Assembly: GCF_009834535.1 (NCBI RefSeq)
Contig: NC_045696.1
Location: 108,688,001-108,752,000, forward strand
Direction: 5' to 3'
DNA length: 64,000 nt
Source: Camelus ferus
Taxonomy: Eukaryota
The translations under genes and the position numbers were made by a program. Shown here one piece after another: positions 1-11,835 of this stretch (its first letter is position 1; the number at the start of each line of letters is the position of its first letter). The notes under the pieces are model-generated. The model was not told the DNA's origin. It was given only the letters and a program-made list of their open reading frames with translations, and searched no databases.

Positions 1-2729
1 CAGCAGCCTCTGCAGCCATCCCCAGGAGAGACAGATGCAGGAGGGCAGGCGACAGATGCAATCAGGGTTGTGGGCACAGTGTATGCCTACCGGCTCCCTG
101 TGAGCAGCAGAAACCCAGGGCTCGGGCCACGTGGCTCCAAACCCCAGTGGAATTAGAAGAATGAGCTCAGAGTGCAGTCCTGGAGATGGCTGTGAGCTGG
201 CAGCAGACAGGGGGTGGGGGCCCCGTGGAGGATGGCTCCAGCCTGAGGAGTGTGTGAGTGCTCGGCCTTCGATACTCGGGGCTCCCCTCTGTCCACCTTC
301 AGCTCCAATGGGCAGCCTCCCCAACCATCGTCCCCCTTCCTTCTGGCTTTCAGTCCTACTCAGGTCCTCCAGGCAGGGTCCATCCTGCCAGGCCCACCCC
401 AGGAGAGGTCCTGCAGGCTCCCAGGGGATGAGATGCTGCATTTACAAGCCAGCTACAGGGCTGGGGTCCCCCCATCTGCTTGCATCGTCACAAGCCCCCT
501 TCCAGTGACCTTCAAAAGCACCTGCTGCCAGGAGCCACACAGCTGCCTTGACAGGATCACCTGAGCTTGCATGCAAGGACTTTCTGGGCAAAGCCACTTG
601 GCAGGACCTCCCCAGGCTCCCAATGGCTGTGACTCGGGGCCGAGCCTTGTCAAGGCACTAAAGCTATAGCTTCACTGCAACAGACCTCCCCAGGGTCCCG
701 CTTGGAATTCCAGCCTCCAGTTCTCCCCAAGGCAGACATGCCTGCTTCTCACAGCCTCAGGGACCTGAGATGCTGCACAGTCAGGAGCCTGTGTCCCTCC
801 CACAGGATCTTCGACAGAGGCTTCTGTGCCACTCGGAGCTTCCGGTGGGAGACCCTTCCAGCCAGACCTGGCTGTACCTCCCTGCCTGTCTGCCCCTTGC
901 CCTCCCCAGACAGGAGGTGCGTATTCTCCCTCCAGTGGACCATGAAGGTCTGAAGGAGTCAGGCTGATTTATCAAAGACACAACCATACAGTTGAAATTG
1001 TGTCGATACATCTTTGCCTCGTGGAGGCTGAAGGATGCCCCCTATTTCTCTGGTAAATAATATACATTTAAAGTCCCCAAATGTTTAAATATATATTTAT
1101 CCAGTAAATCAACTCAGCTTTGAAGTGGCTCATTTCTTGCCTGCAGAAATCCAGGATACAGTTGCTAACCTTGTTTTTCTTTCCTCCTCCACGTTAAAAA
1201 AAAAAAAAAAAGAGAATGGGAGCAGAGAAATGAAATTCTGAATAATGAATGTTTAAATATTGACGAAGGTTTGACACTAATGGTGTGGGGGAGTGCGTGC
1301 AGCACGGGAGCCTCAGAGTAGCAGGAATCTTCAAAGGGAGGCGTTTTGCAAGAACCTTTCAGGCCCCTTCCAGCAACTAAACTCTGAATCTGTGACACAT
1401 TATTGAGCGCTCGGGGGCCAAGGCGGAGTGCCCTGGACTCTGATGGAATCTTCTTGATGCAACAGGAAAGGGTGGGTGATTTATTCGTCTTCATTTCCCA
1501 ACTCCTCCTCTCAACCTGTTTGCAAACAATTTACTCAGAAACAGCAGTTTCTCATTTTTCAAGGATACCACCCTGGCTCAAGCTATCCCCCGCCTTCCTC
1601 GGAGGACAGTCAAACCCATTCTGAGTGAGAATTTGCAGATGTGAAGTCTCTAATGCTGGCTCTGGCACAGAGCAAGTTCTCTCAGTCAATGGTGGTTCCT
1701 TTCCCAGAGCCTTCTGTAGATAATGATTTCACAGCCACGTACTCCAAGAGGCTGAAAACCACCTCCTCACTTTAGAGTCAGGAGGACTGGGGCCTAGAGA
1801 GTCAACAAACAGAGCAGCTGTCCTGGCCTTGATTCGGGGACTCCAGGGGCTGTAATGATGGAAGGTCCCAAAGGGAGCTGACCTTCCCCATGAGACACAG
1901 GCTACCCTATCCTCGAGGTGAGCTTTGGCCTTGAGTTCTCTAAGTCTGTCTCTCTGCCTTTAAGCCAAATCCTCAGTAAACAATTCCAGGGTCTACTCTG
2001 ATTGTCACATTTGCAGGAAAGGAGGTCCCCTGCTATACTCAATCCCAACACAGACTGAATCCTGCATCTAAGCCCAAGGGCTCTTATTCCCTCCTGGCGA
2101 TGCCCTCGGGTTCTTCTCTCCTGCCCCACTGTGCTGATCAGTCCTAAGATTCATCGACTTTGCCACCGTCATCCATACTCAAATCTCTAATTCAAACATG
2201 TTTCTCTTTGCTACCACCTGGAACTCCAGGGAATGACATTACGAGTAGAAAAGGTGCAAACTCCCCATGGACAGGGAACTTAGGGAAAGACACAGCATAC
2301 AAAGGTCTGGGAGGGAGGAGGGGATGCTGACTTCGAGGAATGGCCACAGTGTCCGGCCTCGAGTGAGGCCACGTGAGCTGCCGGGTCACTGGAATTTCTC
2401 AGAGGCAAAGTCCTCCATGGGCAGAAGTGGGGTGTACAGGCAGAGATGCCTCTGCTGCAAACACACAAATAAATAGCAAGCCAGGGGAATAGAGAAATCG
2501 TCTCTTGGGAAATGGAAGGTCATCTGAGAAAACTGGGATATTAACCTCCGTGAATTGGTCATCTTGCCATCTGACCACCTGACAGTTTCATCCATCCACC
2601 AATAAGCTCCAGCCACTGACATGGAACGTCTGATCATTTTTCAGTGCCGCACACTAAAATGTGAACAGACAGCTTGGCTATTCAGATGTGATTTTTAAGT
2701 TGCAACATGAGATAGAAAAGCCTACGAAC

Positions 2730-4295
2730 AGAAAGGGCATCCAGCAGAAAAAGCAGCAAAGCAGAGAACTGAATAAAATGTCTGAAGTTAAAATAAATAT
2801 CCTCAGAGAGATGGGAAGATAATATACTCAAGAAAAAAGGACAGGATGCTATGAAAAGACATAGGTCTTAGAAAATAAAAATAAAAGCAAAAAAAAAAAA
2901 ATCAGTAAAATGGTTGTATGATGGAAGTTAAGGAAGTCACCTACACAGGAGAACAAAAAACTTAGAGATGAAAAATAGGAAAAAGATTATTTAAAAAAAA
3001 AAAAAAAGGAAAAGGGATCTATCCAGGAAGTCTCACATTTGACTAATGAGATTTTAAGAAAGAGATAACTGATAAAATGGACAGAAAGAAATGATCAAAA
3101 ATTCGTTAAAATAAATTTTACTAGAATAAAAACCATCAGACCGCAGATTAAAATATCCATGGTGTGCAATGAGTGTTTAAAAAAAAAAAACATGAAATTT
3201 CAGAATCCCAGGGATAAGATAAAGGATATTAAAACTCCCAATGAAGAAAGCCAAACCAAGCAAAACAAAATGAGGAAAATCAGAATGTCATTAGACATCC
3301 CAACAGCAGCCCTGACATGTAGAAGAAATCAAATTAGTGCCTTCAGATGATTTTTAACCCAGAATTCATATCCGGCCAATCAATCAAGTGCAAGCATAGA
3401 ATAATCTTTCCAGACATGGCGGAGATACAACACACTTACTTCCCAGTACACTTCTTTTTTAAGGAAATTTCTGAAGGATGCACGCAAGCTAAACAAGAGG
3501 GTAAACCAATAAAGGTGAAGACATAAGACTCAGGAAACAGAGAAAACAATGTATGAAAGAAGCAAAAGAAAATTCCTAAGATGCCAACTGTGTAGCAAGA
3601 CTGGAGAGCAAGGTTTAAGCAGGGGAACAGAGGATTTTAGGACAGACTTGGGAGGTCACTGAACCTTCTGAGCATTGGGAAAATCATACTGGTTATTATT
3701 GGATCGATTTGATTTTTGTGGGAAAAACACATAGATAATTCACAGAAAACTAAATAAGTGAAAAATGAGGAAATTACCAATTCCATATTTTATAAAAGGC
3801 ATATACAAGAAAGAAAATAACCATGTAATTAGGTTCCACATTGAACAATGTTTACATAGATATAATAATGTAATCATGACATGGGTTTAACCATAAAGTT
3901 ATCAATATAGACTAATAAAATACATAAATACAGACTCTGTATTACACACGGGTAGCTATCCTGAAGTCAGATATGTTTAACCAAAATATTATGGGTATAT
4001 AAGTGAAAGAGCGGTGGATATTAACAAATTAAGAGAAAGGATGTGGAGAGGGACAAAATAAGAGAGACAAATCCTCAACTATCACAGGGAGGAAGTCAAA
4101 AGACGATGTCCAAACTGACATCAATAAATAGCACTATAAGCATATAATTCAAAACATGGAAGTAAAACGAAGAAATAGATCAAAGTGTTAGGGAACAGGA
4201 CGGGCTGGGGGCGGTGGGCAGGAGACTGTTTTTTCACTTTGGTACTAATTGAATTTTTAATCCATTTACTTTGATAAAAATTTAAATTAATTGGA
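2730..4295 (+). mobile_element. HAL1 (half-L1) element, degenerate ORF1-type sequence plus 3' end
   Basis: A-rich + strand. The stretch tgatttttaacccagaattcatatccggccaatcaatcaagtg...cagacatg...gtaaaccaataaaggtgaagacataagactcaggaaacag matches the HAL1 consensus as I recall it, and the element ends in tactttgataaaaatttaaatt. Confidence 0.75.
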
Positions 4296-5448
4296 AAAAA
4301 TGAAAAGCTGCTGCTCCCACAAGTGGACCGAGGACGAGGCAAGGCAGCAGATTCCAGGCCACCCCCTGGTGTGGGACAGACGGGGAGGAACAAGTGACAA
4401 GGGAGCCCCCGGAGCACATGGCCCACTCTGGCTGGGACCGCCACATTGCTCCAATTCTGGCGACATGCGTCCTTGTTTCTAAACCACGAATTTAAAGTTT
4501 TCAAAGAAAGTGGCTCTAGCAGCTGAGTTGGAACTTTCCCTCTCTGGGATTAAAATAGAAGTAAAAGTCGTATTTTCACTAGTAGAGCCACACTAGGGCC
4601 CTGTTTTCATTCCACCGCCAAGCGTGTGACATGAAAATAAACAATCCTGGAAAGGAGGTGTTTCTGTGTTTTTCCCAAGCCTCCTGAGATGCAGTTGGGC
4701 AAAGGGGACGCAGCCAAACTGTTTTCACACCGTGTGTCGGCTGCGTCTCACACGTCTTTGCATTTAGAGGGGATTTTCGTCACTGCCTGGCTGCAGAACT
4801 GACGAGGTGTAGACTGCAAGCCTTGTCTCGGGCATGTGGCCTGAACAACATTATCCGCGGGTCTGGAATTGCTGACCGCGGACTGAAGCTTGCCGAGGGA
4901 CCATTTTTCAGCGTGGCCCAGGATAAACGACTTCACTGGGCATCCCAAATTACAGCCCGAACCACTGAAATACTCACCTGAAACACCAACATATGTATTC
5001 AAAACAATTCCCCTAAGAAACGAGAAGTAATTTTTTTAAGAGTCTGAGTAAAAAAATGCAGAGTGAGAAAACTGACAACATGGGAGGATGGTGTCAAATA
5101 GTCACCGGCCAGTAATGCGTGACAGAGTTCCTCCCAAATTCCCACTAAAAGCCCGGTAAAAACTAGACAAGTAAAAACTCAAAAGCCACTACGTTAACTA
5201 GAATTTGAGAGCGTGCTAAGACCTTGAGGGATTTCCACCAGTTATAATTAATAATAATAATAGAATTATTAATAAATTATTAATTAATTCTAATTCCACC
5301 ATTTATAGTTCCACCTGCTTTGGGAGCAGGATGAAAAACACAAACTGAGACACACAGGTACTTTTTTGAGCCCAACTGAAATAAGATGGGGAAGACATTC
5401 CGTTTCGGGAGCTGAGTTCAAAACTCAAGTTCATGCCACCCTCTGCTC

Positions 5449-5671
5449 CAGAGAGTCTCCACGGGGAGGGGGTGACTCTGACCCTTAGGAAACATTTCAC
5501 AGTGTCTGAGGACACCTGGGACTGTTAGCACTTGAGGAAAGAGGATGCTCCTAGCATCTAGTGGGTAGAGATCAGGGAGGCTGCTAAACCTCTTACAACG
5601 TACCAGATGGCTCCGCAGACAAAGAATTATCTGGACCAAAATGTCGATAGTCTCAAAGATGAGAAAAACTG
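5449..5671 (+). mobile_element. MER20 (hAT-Charlie non-autonomous DNA transposon)
   Basis: Contains gcatctagtgggtagagatcagggaggctgctaaacctcttacaa...caaagaattatctggaccaaaatgtcgatagt...gagaaaaactg, about 220 bp with CAG...CTG ends. Confidence 0.85.
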
Positions 5672-6329
5672 CTGTACTGTGATATATCTTAAGGCAATGA
5701 GAATACCTATCTCCCCATCATACAGAATCTCACGCGTGCACACACACACACTTAATACACCTTAAAACATTAGGTTCGAAGGCCCTAATATTGTTATCTA
5801 AAAGGAATTTTTAAAAATCTACAAGTATTCAGGGAAGAGAAACAGCAAAACAAAACAAAACAAAAATAAGGTAACAATAAAAGGCTAGCCTCAGACCACC
5901 TCAGCAGTATCACAAAAGCAAGAACAGAAGACTTCAGACAGCAACACCCACTGACTTTTGCAGACAGTGGCTGTGACCATGAAGCTTTACATTCGACTGA
6001 CACATTGTCTAAATGTGGAGCAGCAAAGACATCTCAGGATGAGCATGAACTTTAAAATTATAATATGTATTGCGTAGAAAAGAAAATACGGCTTGAAAAA
6101 AAAAAAGAAAATACATTTCACTCTCCTGAGTGATGAATCAAAATGAAGAATTCAAGAATGGGAAAGCTGGTGGGGAGCGATAAAACCCATTTAAATGTAA
6201 ACTTCTCTATATTATTATTGTAAACAATGAGAATGAGAGAACAAATAATATACCTAATAAGAAAGGGGACACAACTACAGACACAGTGGCTTCTTCCAGT
6301 TCAAAATATTTCTCTCTACAGTACTGAAT

Positions 6330-8124
6330 CAAAAAATCTCAACAAACAGAACAGTTTTCCTGGAAAATGTAAATTATCCAAAAAAATTAAAACCTTAAGG
6401 GAAAAATTTAAACCTTAAGAGATCAATGATGAAAGTAGAATTAAAAAAAAAAAAAACTACCAAAGTTTACATCTAAGAACGATTCCAACACTAAATACTT
6501 TTACAGGGTTTTTTTTTCTAAACTTTTAAGAAAAAGATAAATGTATGCTATATTACCTGTCCCATGCATTAAAAATATACGGAACTCTATTGAGTTCGAT
6601 TTATACAGTTAGTAAAACCTTGTACCAAAATGTGCCAATATAACTAAAAAGAACCAAAAAGAATCATTCACTTACAAATTCCGATGTGAACATCTGAATA
6701 AAAGCACTAGAAACCAAATATAACAACATTCACCGTGGCCAATGAAAGTTCAATCTAAAAATTGAAAATATAGTTTTATGTATTTTTATTACTATTGATC
6801 AAAACCTCATGTCAACTGAGCAACAAGGAAAACAGTATGTTTGTCTCAAAATAAACTGACTCTCTTCTTTACCATTCTTTCAAGTAAATATATGCTATTT
6901 TTCTTCCCAGTTTTCTACTATAAACCTACACTATTCTAATAGTGAAACAACTAAAGTCAGTTCCAGTAAAATTAGAAAGAAAATGAGCTTGTTCCCCCCC
7001 ACTAATGCTTTACACTCTTCTGGAAGATCAAGTCAAGGCAGTAAGAAATGAAACAGAAATTAGAGACACAACTATTAGAAAGGAAGAAAGAAATCATCAT
7101 TGCTTTGGACAGAATGATTAGAGACATAGAAATTGCAAAAGAAACAACTAGAAAATATCTTATAATTAGAAAAAAAGAGTTCAGAAAAGTAGACCATTAT
7201 AAATGGGGCGGAAAAAGAGCCTTCTTTAATACCAGAAATAACCAGTTTTAAAAATCCACTCACAACAATAATAAAAAAAAAAAATCAAAAGCAATCAAAG
7301 ACATCAGAATAGCCCTAAATTGTGACACCAAAATGAAGAAAATTAAAAACATTACTAAACTATAGAAAATAAGATTTGACAGAATGGGGAGACATGCTCC
7401 TGGTTGTAAAAGACTAAATGCAATCAATTCTCAAAATAATATAGAGGTCTGAAACATGACCAGTGACATTACCAGCGGTTGTTTGGGGGTGGGGCCAGGC
7501 ATTGTTCCAGAGAAGGGAAGCAAATTTGATCAAAAAATTTCTAAGATCTTCTTGGAAAAATGAATGGGCAAAGGAATTAAGAAAATCTACAAAAAGAAGA
7601 GAGGTGAAGTCAACTAACCAGACCTGTGCCCTATTTTACAGCTGTTAGAATTAGAAAGCCCAACTGCTGGTGCAATCCTGGATAAACAGAGCCAGCAACA
7701 GCAGAGTATTGAAATAGACCCACGTACATTTAAGAACTTAATAAATTACAAAGGAAGCAATACAAATAAATGGGGTAGAAATGCACCGGGACGATTGGCT
7801 TTTGGAAAAAAACCATTAAATTAGACTCTCACCCTATTACTATTTACAAAAATACATGCCAGGTGGATTGAAGAGTTGATATAAAAACTAAAGCCACTTA
7901 AAACAGGGCTATATTCATATATTACTTTGAGACTTAATTATTCTAATGTTTTAATGATGCAATTAGAAAAAAAAAACTAACAGAAAATATAGCTGTAAAT
8001 TTAACTGAAGGACATTTTAAGCATAAAAGCCCTGGAAAGAGAAAAGGTAGATCACAGAAGGCAAGCTCAAAACGTTCACTCCGTAAACATTTAAAACTTC
8101 TACTATTAAAAATCATAAGCAACA
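6330..8124 (+). mobile_element. Old L1M (L1ME-like) ORF2 remnant
   Basis: Strongly A-rich with L1 ORF2-like tracts such as gaaatagacccacgtacatttaagaacttaataaattacaaagg and aaattagactctcacc...aggtggattgaagagtt. No intact frame. Confidence 0.7.
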
Positions 8125-8506
8125 ATGAATGGCATTCCCTTGAGGTACTGAGATATACTACAACCTTGAGAACGTTCTGCTAAATGAAAGAAGTTGGTTA
8201 CAAAAGACTATGTATGCCCGCTTCTCTTTATACGAGTGTCCAGAAGAGGCAAGTCCATAGAAGCAGAAGTAGATCAGTGGTTGCCAGGAGCTGGGGGCAA
8301 GGGGAGTGGAGGTGAAACGGGGAGTGACTGCTGATGGGTATGGGGATTCTTTTTAGGATGATGCAAATGTTCTAAAATTGATTGTGGTGATGGTTGCACC
8401 ACACCCACAACAGAGGAAGATTCTAAAACCCATTGACTTGTACGCTTTAACAAGAATGAATGGTATGGTAAGTGAATCAGATCTCAGTACAGCTGATATA
8501 AAAAAC
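8125..8506 (+). mobile_element. L1MB-type 3' end nested in the older L1
   Basis: aaccttgagaacgttctgctaaatgaaagaag...ggcaagtccatagaagcagaagtagatcagtggttgccagg...aaatgttctaaaattgattgtggtgatggttgcac is a typical L1MB 3' UTR. Confidence 0.8.
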
Positions 8507-9282
8507 TGAATGGCAAATAATAAACTGGGAGAAATATTTGTAACATATTTGGGAAAGGGTGAATAATCTTTATATATAGGGGACAATTTAGTAAGTTAAG
8601 CAAACAGTGACACCCTATTGGAAAAATTGGGCAAAATCAATGAGCAGACAATAAATGACTAGGAAACTAATGAACAGCGTCTATGCTATCAAGTTAGAAG
8701 AGATTTAAGGAACAGTAATGCTCAGTGCAGAAGGAGCGGCCAGAGCAAGGACGTTCTCACCTACTGCAGCAAAGCCTTCCTCTGGAGACCTTGCTGGAAA
8801 TCAACTTGAGAATCAGCACCCAGGTCCTTTATTCCACGTTTAGGAATCTGTCCTCAAGAAATAAGCACAGAGTGTCCAAGGATTTATGTGTGAGATGCTC
8901 ACAGCATCACTGTTTGTGGACATTCACAATATCCACAGATTAGAGTGAGCACAAGTGCTCAAAAAGGGAGAAATGGTTAAATAAATTATGGATCAGCCAC
9001 AGGACTGAATATTATGCAGCCATTAAAAATGATGTTTTCAAATAAATTTAATGACAGGGAAAATGATCACAATGTAATGTTTGGTGGATGAAGGATATAA
9101 AATTGCTTACAATATGACCCTGTACACACGCAATGCTGGAATGAAATACACCGAGAGGCTGGCAGAAATGATCTCTAGGTGGTGGCATTCTGGGTGATTT
9201 TCATTTTTCTTTTCATTTCCTGTATCTCCCATGTTTTCTACAATAGGCATATTTTATTTCTGTAATTTGAAAACAAAAAATG
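8507..9282 (+). mobile_element. Continuation of the old L1ME to its 3' end
   Basis: Contains aaactgggagaaatatttgtaaca, aaatggttaaataaattatgg...gaatattatgcagccattaaaaatgatg and the terminal tattttatttctgtaatttgaaaa. Confidence 0.7.
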
Positions 9283-9497
9283 GTATTTCTCTGGAATATT
9301 CACGGACAGGCAAGTCTTTGGCCATAAGAATGAGTAATGGCGATGCAGCTTCGCTGACAGCTGGTATCCGCTTTGCACGCATCCCCCCAGCCCCGCCCCC
9401 ACACGCTCTCCCTCCTCCCATCGTCCTGGGGTAGAGGTAGTTTTCAAGGCCCACACACCCTCCTAGAGGCAGCCCCACCCTGCTCGGCCAGCCTGGC

Positions 9498-9852
9498 TGT
9501 CTCAGACTGTACAGGTTGCCGTAACAAAACACCACAGACTGGTGGCTTATACACAAAAGAAATCTTTTTTTCTCATCGTTCTGGAGCCTAGAGATCTGAG
9601 ATCAGGGCACCAACATGGTCTGGTAAGAACCCTCTTCCGGTGACAGATTTCTCATCCTATGCTCACATGGCCAACGGGGTGCAGGAACTCTCTGGAACCC
9701 CTTTTCTAGAGCCACGAATCCCATTTGTGAGGGTCCCGCCGCCCTTGTGATCTGATTACTTCCCAAATGCCCCATCTCCTAACACCATCACCTTAGGGGT
9801 TAGGATTTCAGCATATGAATTTGGGGGAGACACAAACACTCAGACCGCAGCA
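9498..9852 (-). mobile_element. MLT1A-like solo LTR (ERVL-MaLR)
   Basis: TG...CA ends, the motifs gccgtaacaaaacaccacagactggtggctta and ggggttaggatttcagcatatgaatttgggggagacacaaac, and a 5-bp TSD ctggc (9493-9497) / ctgac (9853-9857). Confidence 0.88.
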
Positions 9853-10048
9853 CTGACAGTGGGGTATTGTATACTCCAGCTCACCTAGGCGTCTTACCTC
9901 TGGGGGCCGAGTCTCTCAAAGAATAATGAAGTTGGCAACACTGATGCCCCTGGAGGTCTTTTTTTTCCTAAAGTGCTGTTTATTCTAACAAAGAACACAT
10001 TAAAGACTAAAGAACCTTTAAAACTCAGTGAAAAGAATGTCTCATGGT

Positions 10049-10574
10049 TAAAGAAAATGTGATATATATTGATATATACATATTCCATTGTATATAACTG
10101 TGATATGTGTATGTTCATTCTATCATATAGTGGAATATTATTCAGCTTTAAAACAAGAAGGAAATCCTGCCATTTGGGACAGCATGGATGAACCTGGAGA
10201 ACATTATGCCAAGTGAAATAAGCCAGACACAGAAAGACAAATATTGCGTGATCTCACTTATACAGAAACGGAATATACATATAAAAGCCAGACTCACAGT
10301 AACAGTACAACAGTCATCACCAGAGACTGGGGCATGGAGGAAAGGCGGAGATAAAAGTAAAATGGTGGTTTCCAAGGGCCGGGGGGAGGAGGTCATGGGG
10401 AGCTATTGTTTAATGGGTGCAGAGTTTTTGTTGTACAAGATGAAGGGAGTTCTGGAGGTGGAGGGCGGCGATGGCTGTACAACAATATGGATGAACTTAG
10501 TACCACTAAACTTGACACTTAAAGACGGTTCAGATGGGAAGATTTAAATTCTGAGTGTTTTACTACAATTTAAA
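10049..10574 (+). mobile_element. 5'-truncated L1MA-type 3' end with perfect 18-bp TSD
   Basis: Contains aaggaaatcctgccatttgggacagcatggatgaacctggagaacattatgccaagtgaaataagccagacacagaaagacaaat. TSD aaaagaatgtctcatggt at 10031-10048 and 10575-10592. Confidence 0.9.
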
Positions 10575-11671
10575 AAAAGAATGTCTCATGGTGGAATTTC
10601 AGGCCCATGGAAGAGGTGGGGCGGTGGGCAGCCCCTCCTGTGCTGGAGCCGAGGGCTGGGGCCGGGGGAGTGCCGTAGGGGCCTCTGTGTGTTGTGTGGC
10701 ACTGCACACAGAGCTGGGCTGGGTGGGCTGTTATGGTTAAACCTTGGTAAAAAGGCAAGATCATCTGAACACACAGTTTCTCAGGCAGACTTACCCCAAA
10801 CTGCCTTGGTTCCCCTGGCTCCCAGGCCTCAGCCTCTCCAAGGCACAGCCTCAGCCTGGAATTTCTATCACTCCATCTCCATCAGCTGGCAAGACTCACT
10901 CTTGTCCAGTGCTGAGGAAGAAATGAGACCCCCACACGAAGGCCATGTATAATCCCTGTCACACAGTGTCACTCAGAAAGCATCAGGAGACTGGGCCGTC
11001 AAGGAGCTAAGCCCTGCGTGTACTCAGTAGCCATGAGGAAAACTGAACGAGATGCCACCCGGGTCCTGTGCGGCTCGTGGACCTCATGGGAAGAGGCAGA
11101 GCAGTGTAACCATGACACAGGGCATACAGTGGTTACGGGGGAAGCAGAGGTTTCAAGAATCTGCTAAAGAGAGGAAGGTGACATCTGAACTGGTCACTGA
11201 AGAAGGAGAACAAGGCCATTACAGAAGGAACTCACAGCATCACAAAGGTCACAGAGGCAGGAAGAGGGTCAGATGGGCTATGCAGACCACGCTCCCAGAA
11301 AGCCTCCCGAGGGGCTCAGTCCTTGCTCAGTGCCCCATCAAAGTCACCAAAAGGCCTTGCTGGCCCCTCGCCGGCACCGTCCCTCGGAGGACCCATACCT
11401 CCACGGTCTAAGTTGAGCAGAGTGTGGGGAGGATGGATGTGACTACTGCCTGCCTGGAAGTGCCAGCCCCCCTCATGACGGGCCCAGTCCATCTGTCCAG
11501 GCCCAGTTTAAGCACCACCTCCTACCGCATTGCTTCTCCCCCTTCCCCGTCCCCCCCCAGGGCTCCCATCACAGCCCACCTCACAGGCCAGGCATAGTGG
11601 ACACACCTGTCAAAGACAGCAGTGAGACGGCCTTAACGTGTCTGGATGTCTGAGGGTCCATCCTGTGCCCA

Positions 11672-11835
11672 GTCATCCATTCATTCATTCATTCATTCAA
11701 CAAACACATACGGACTGACCCCAGTAGGCCAGGCCCTGCGATGAACACTTGGGAATACCACAGTAAAAGACCATAAAAGAGTCGGTCCTTGACTCCAACC
11801 TATTCAGCTTCTAGTAGATGAGACAGACAGAAAAG
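11672..11835 (-). mobile_element. L2 3' end
   Basis: (ttca)n tail followed by caacaaacacat...ccaggccctg...gagacagacag. Confidence 0.7.

Noticed and set aside
10148..10547. ORFs MNLENIMPSEISQTQKDKYC... and its antisense partner
   Set aside because: These are translations of the L1 ORF2 tail and 3' UTR, which often give spurious database hits. They are not host genes.
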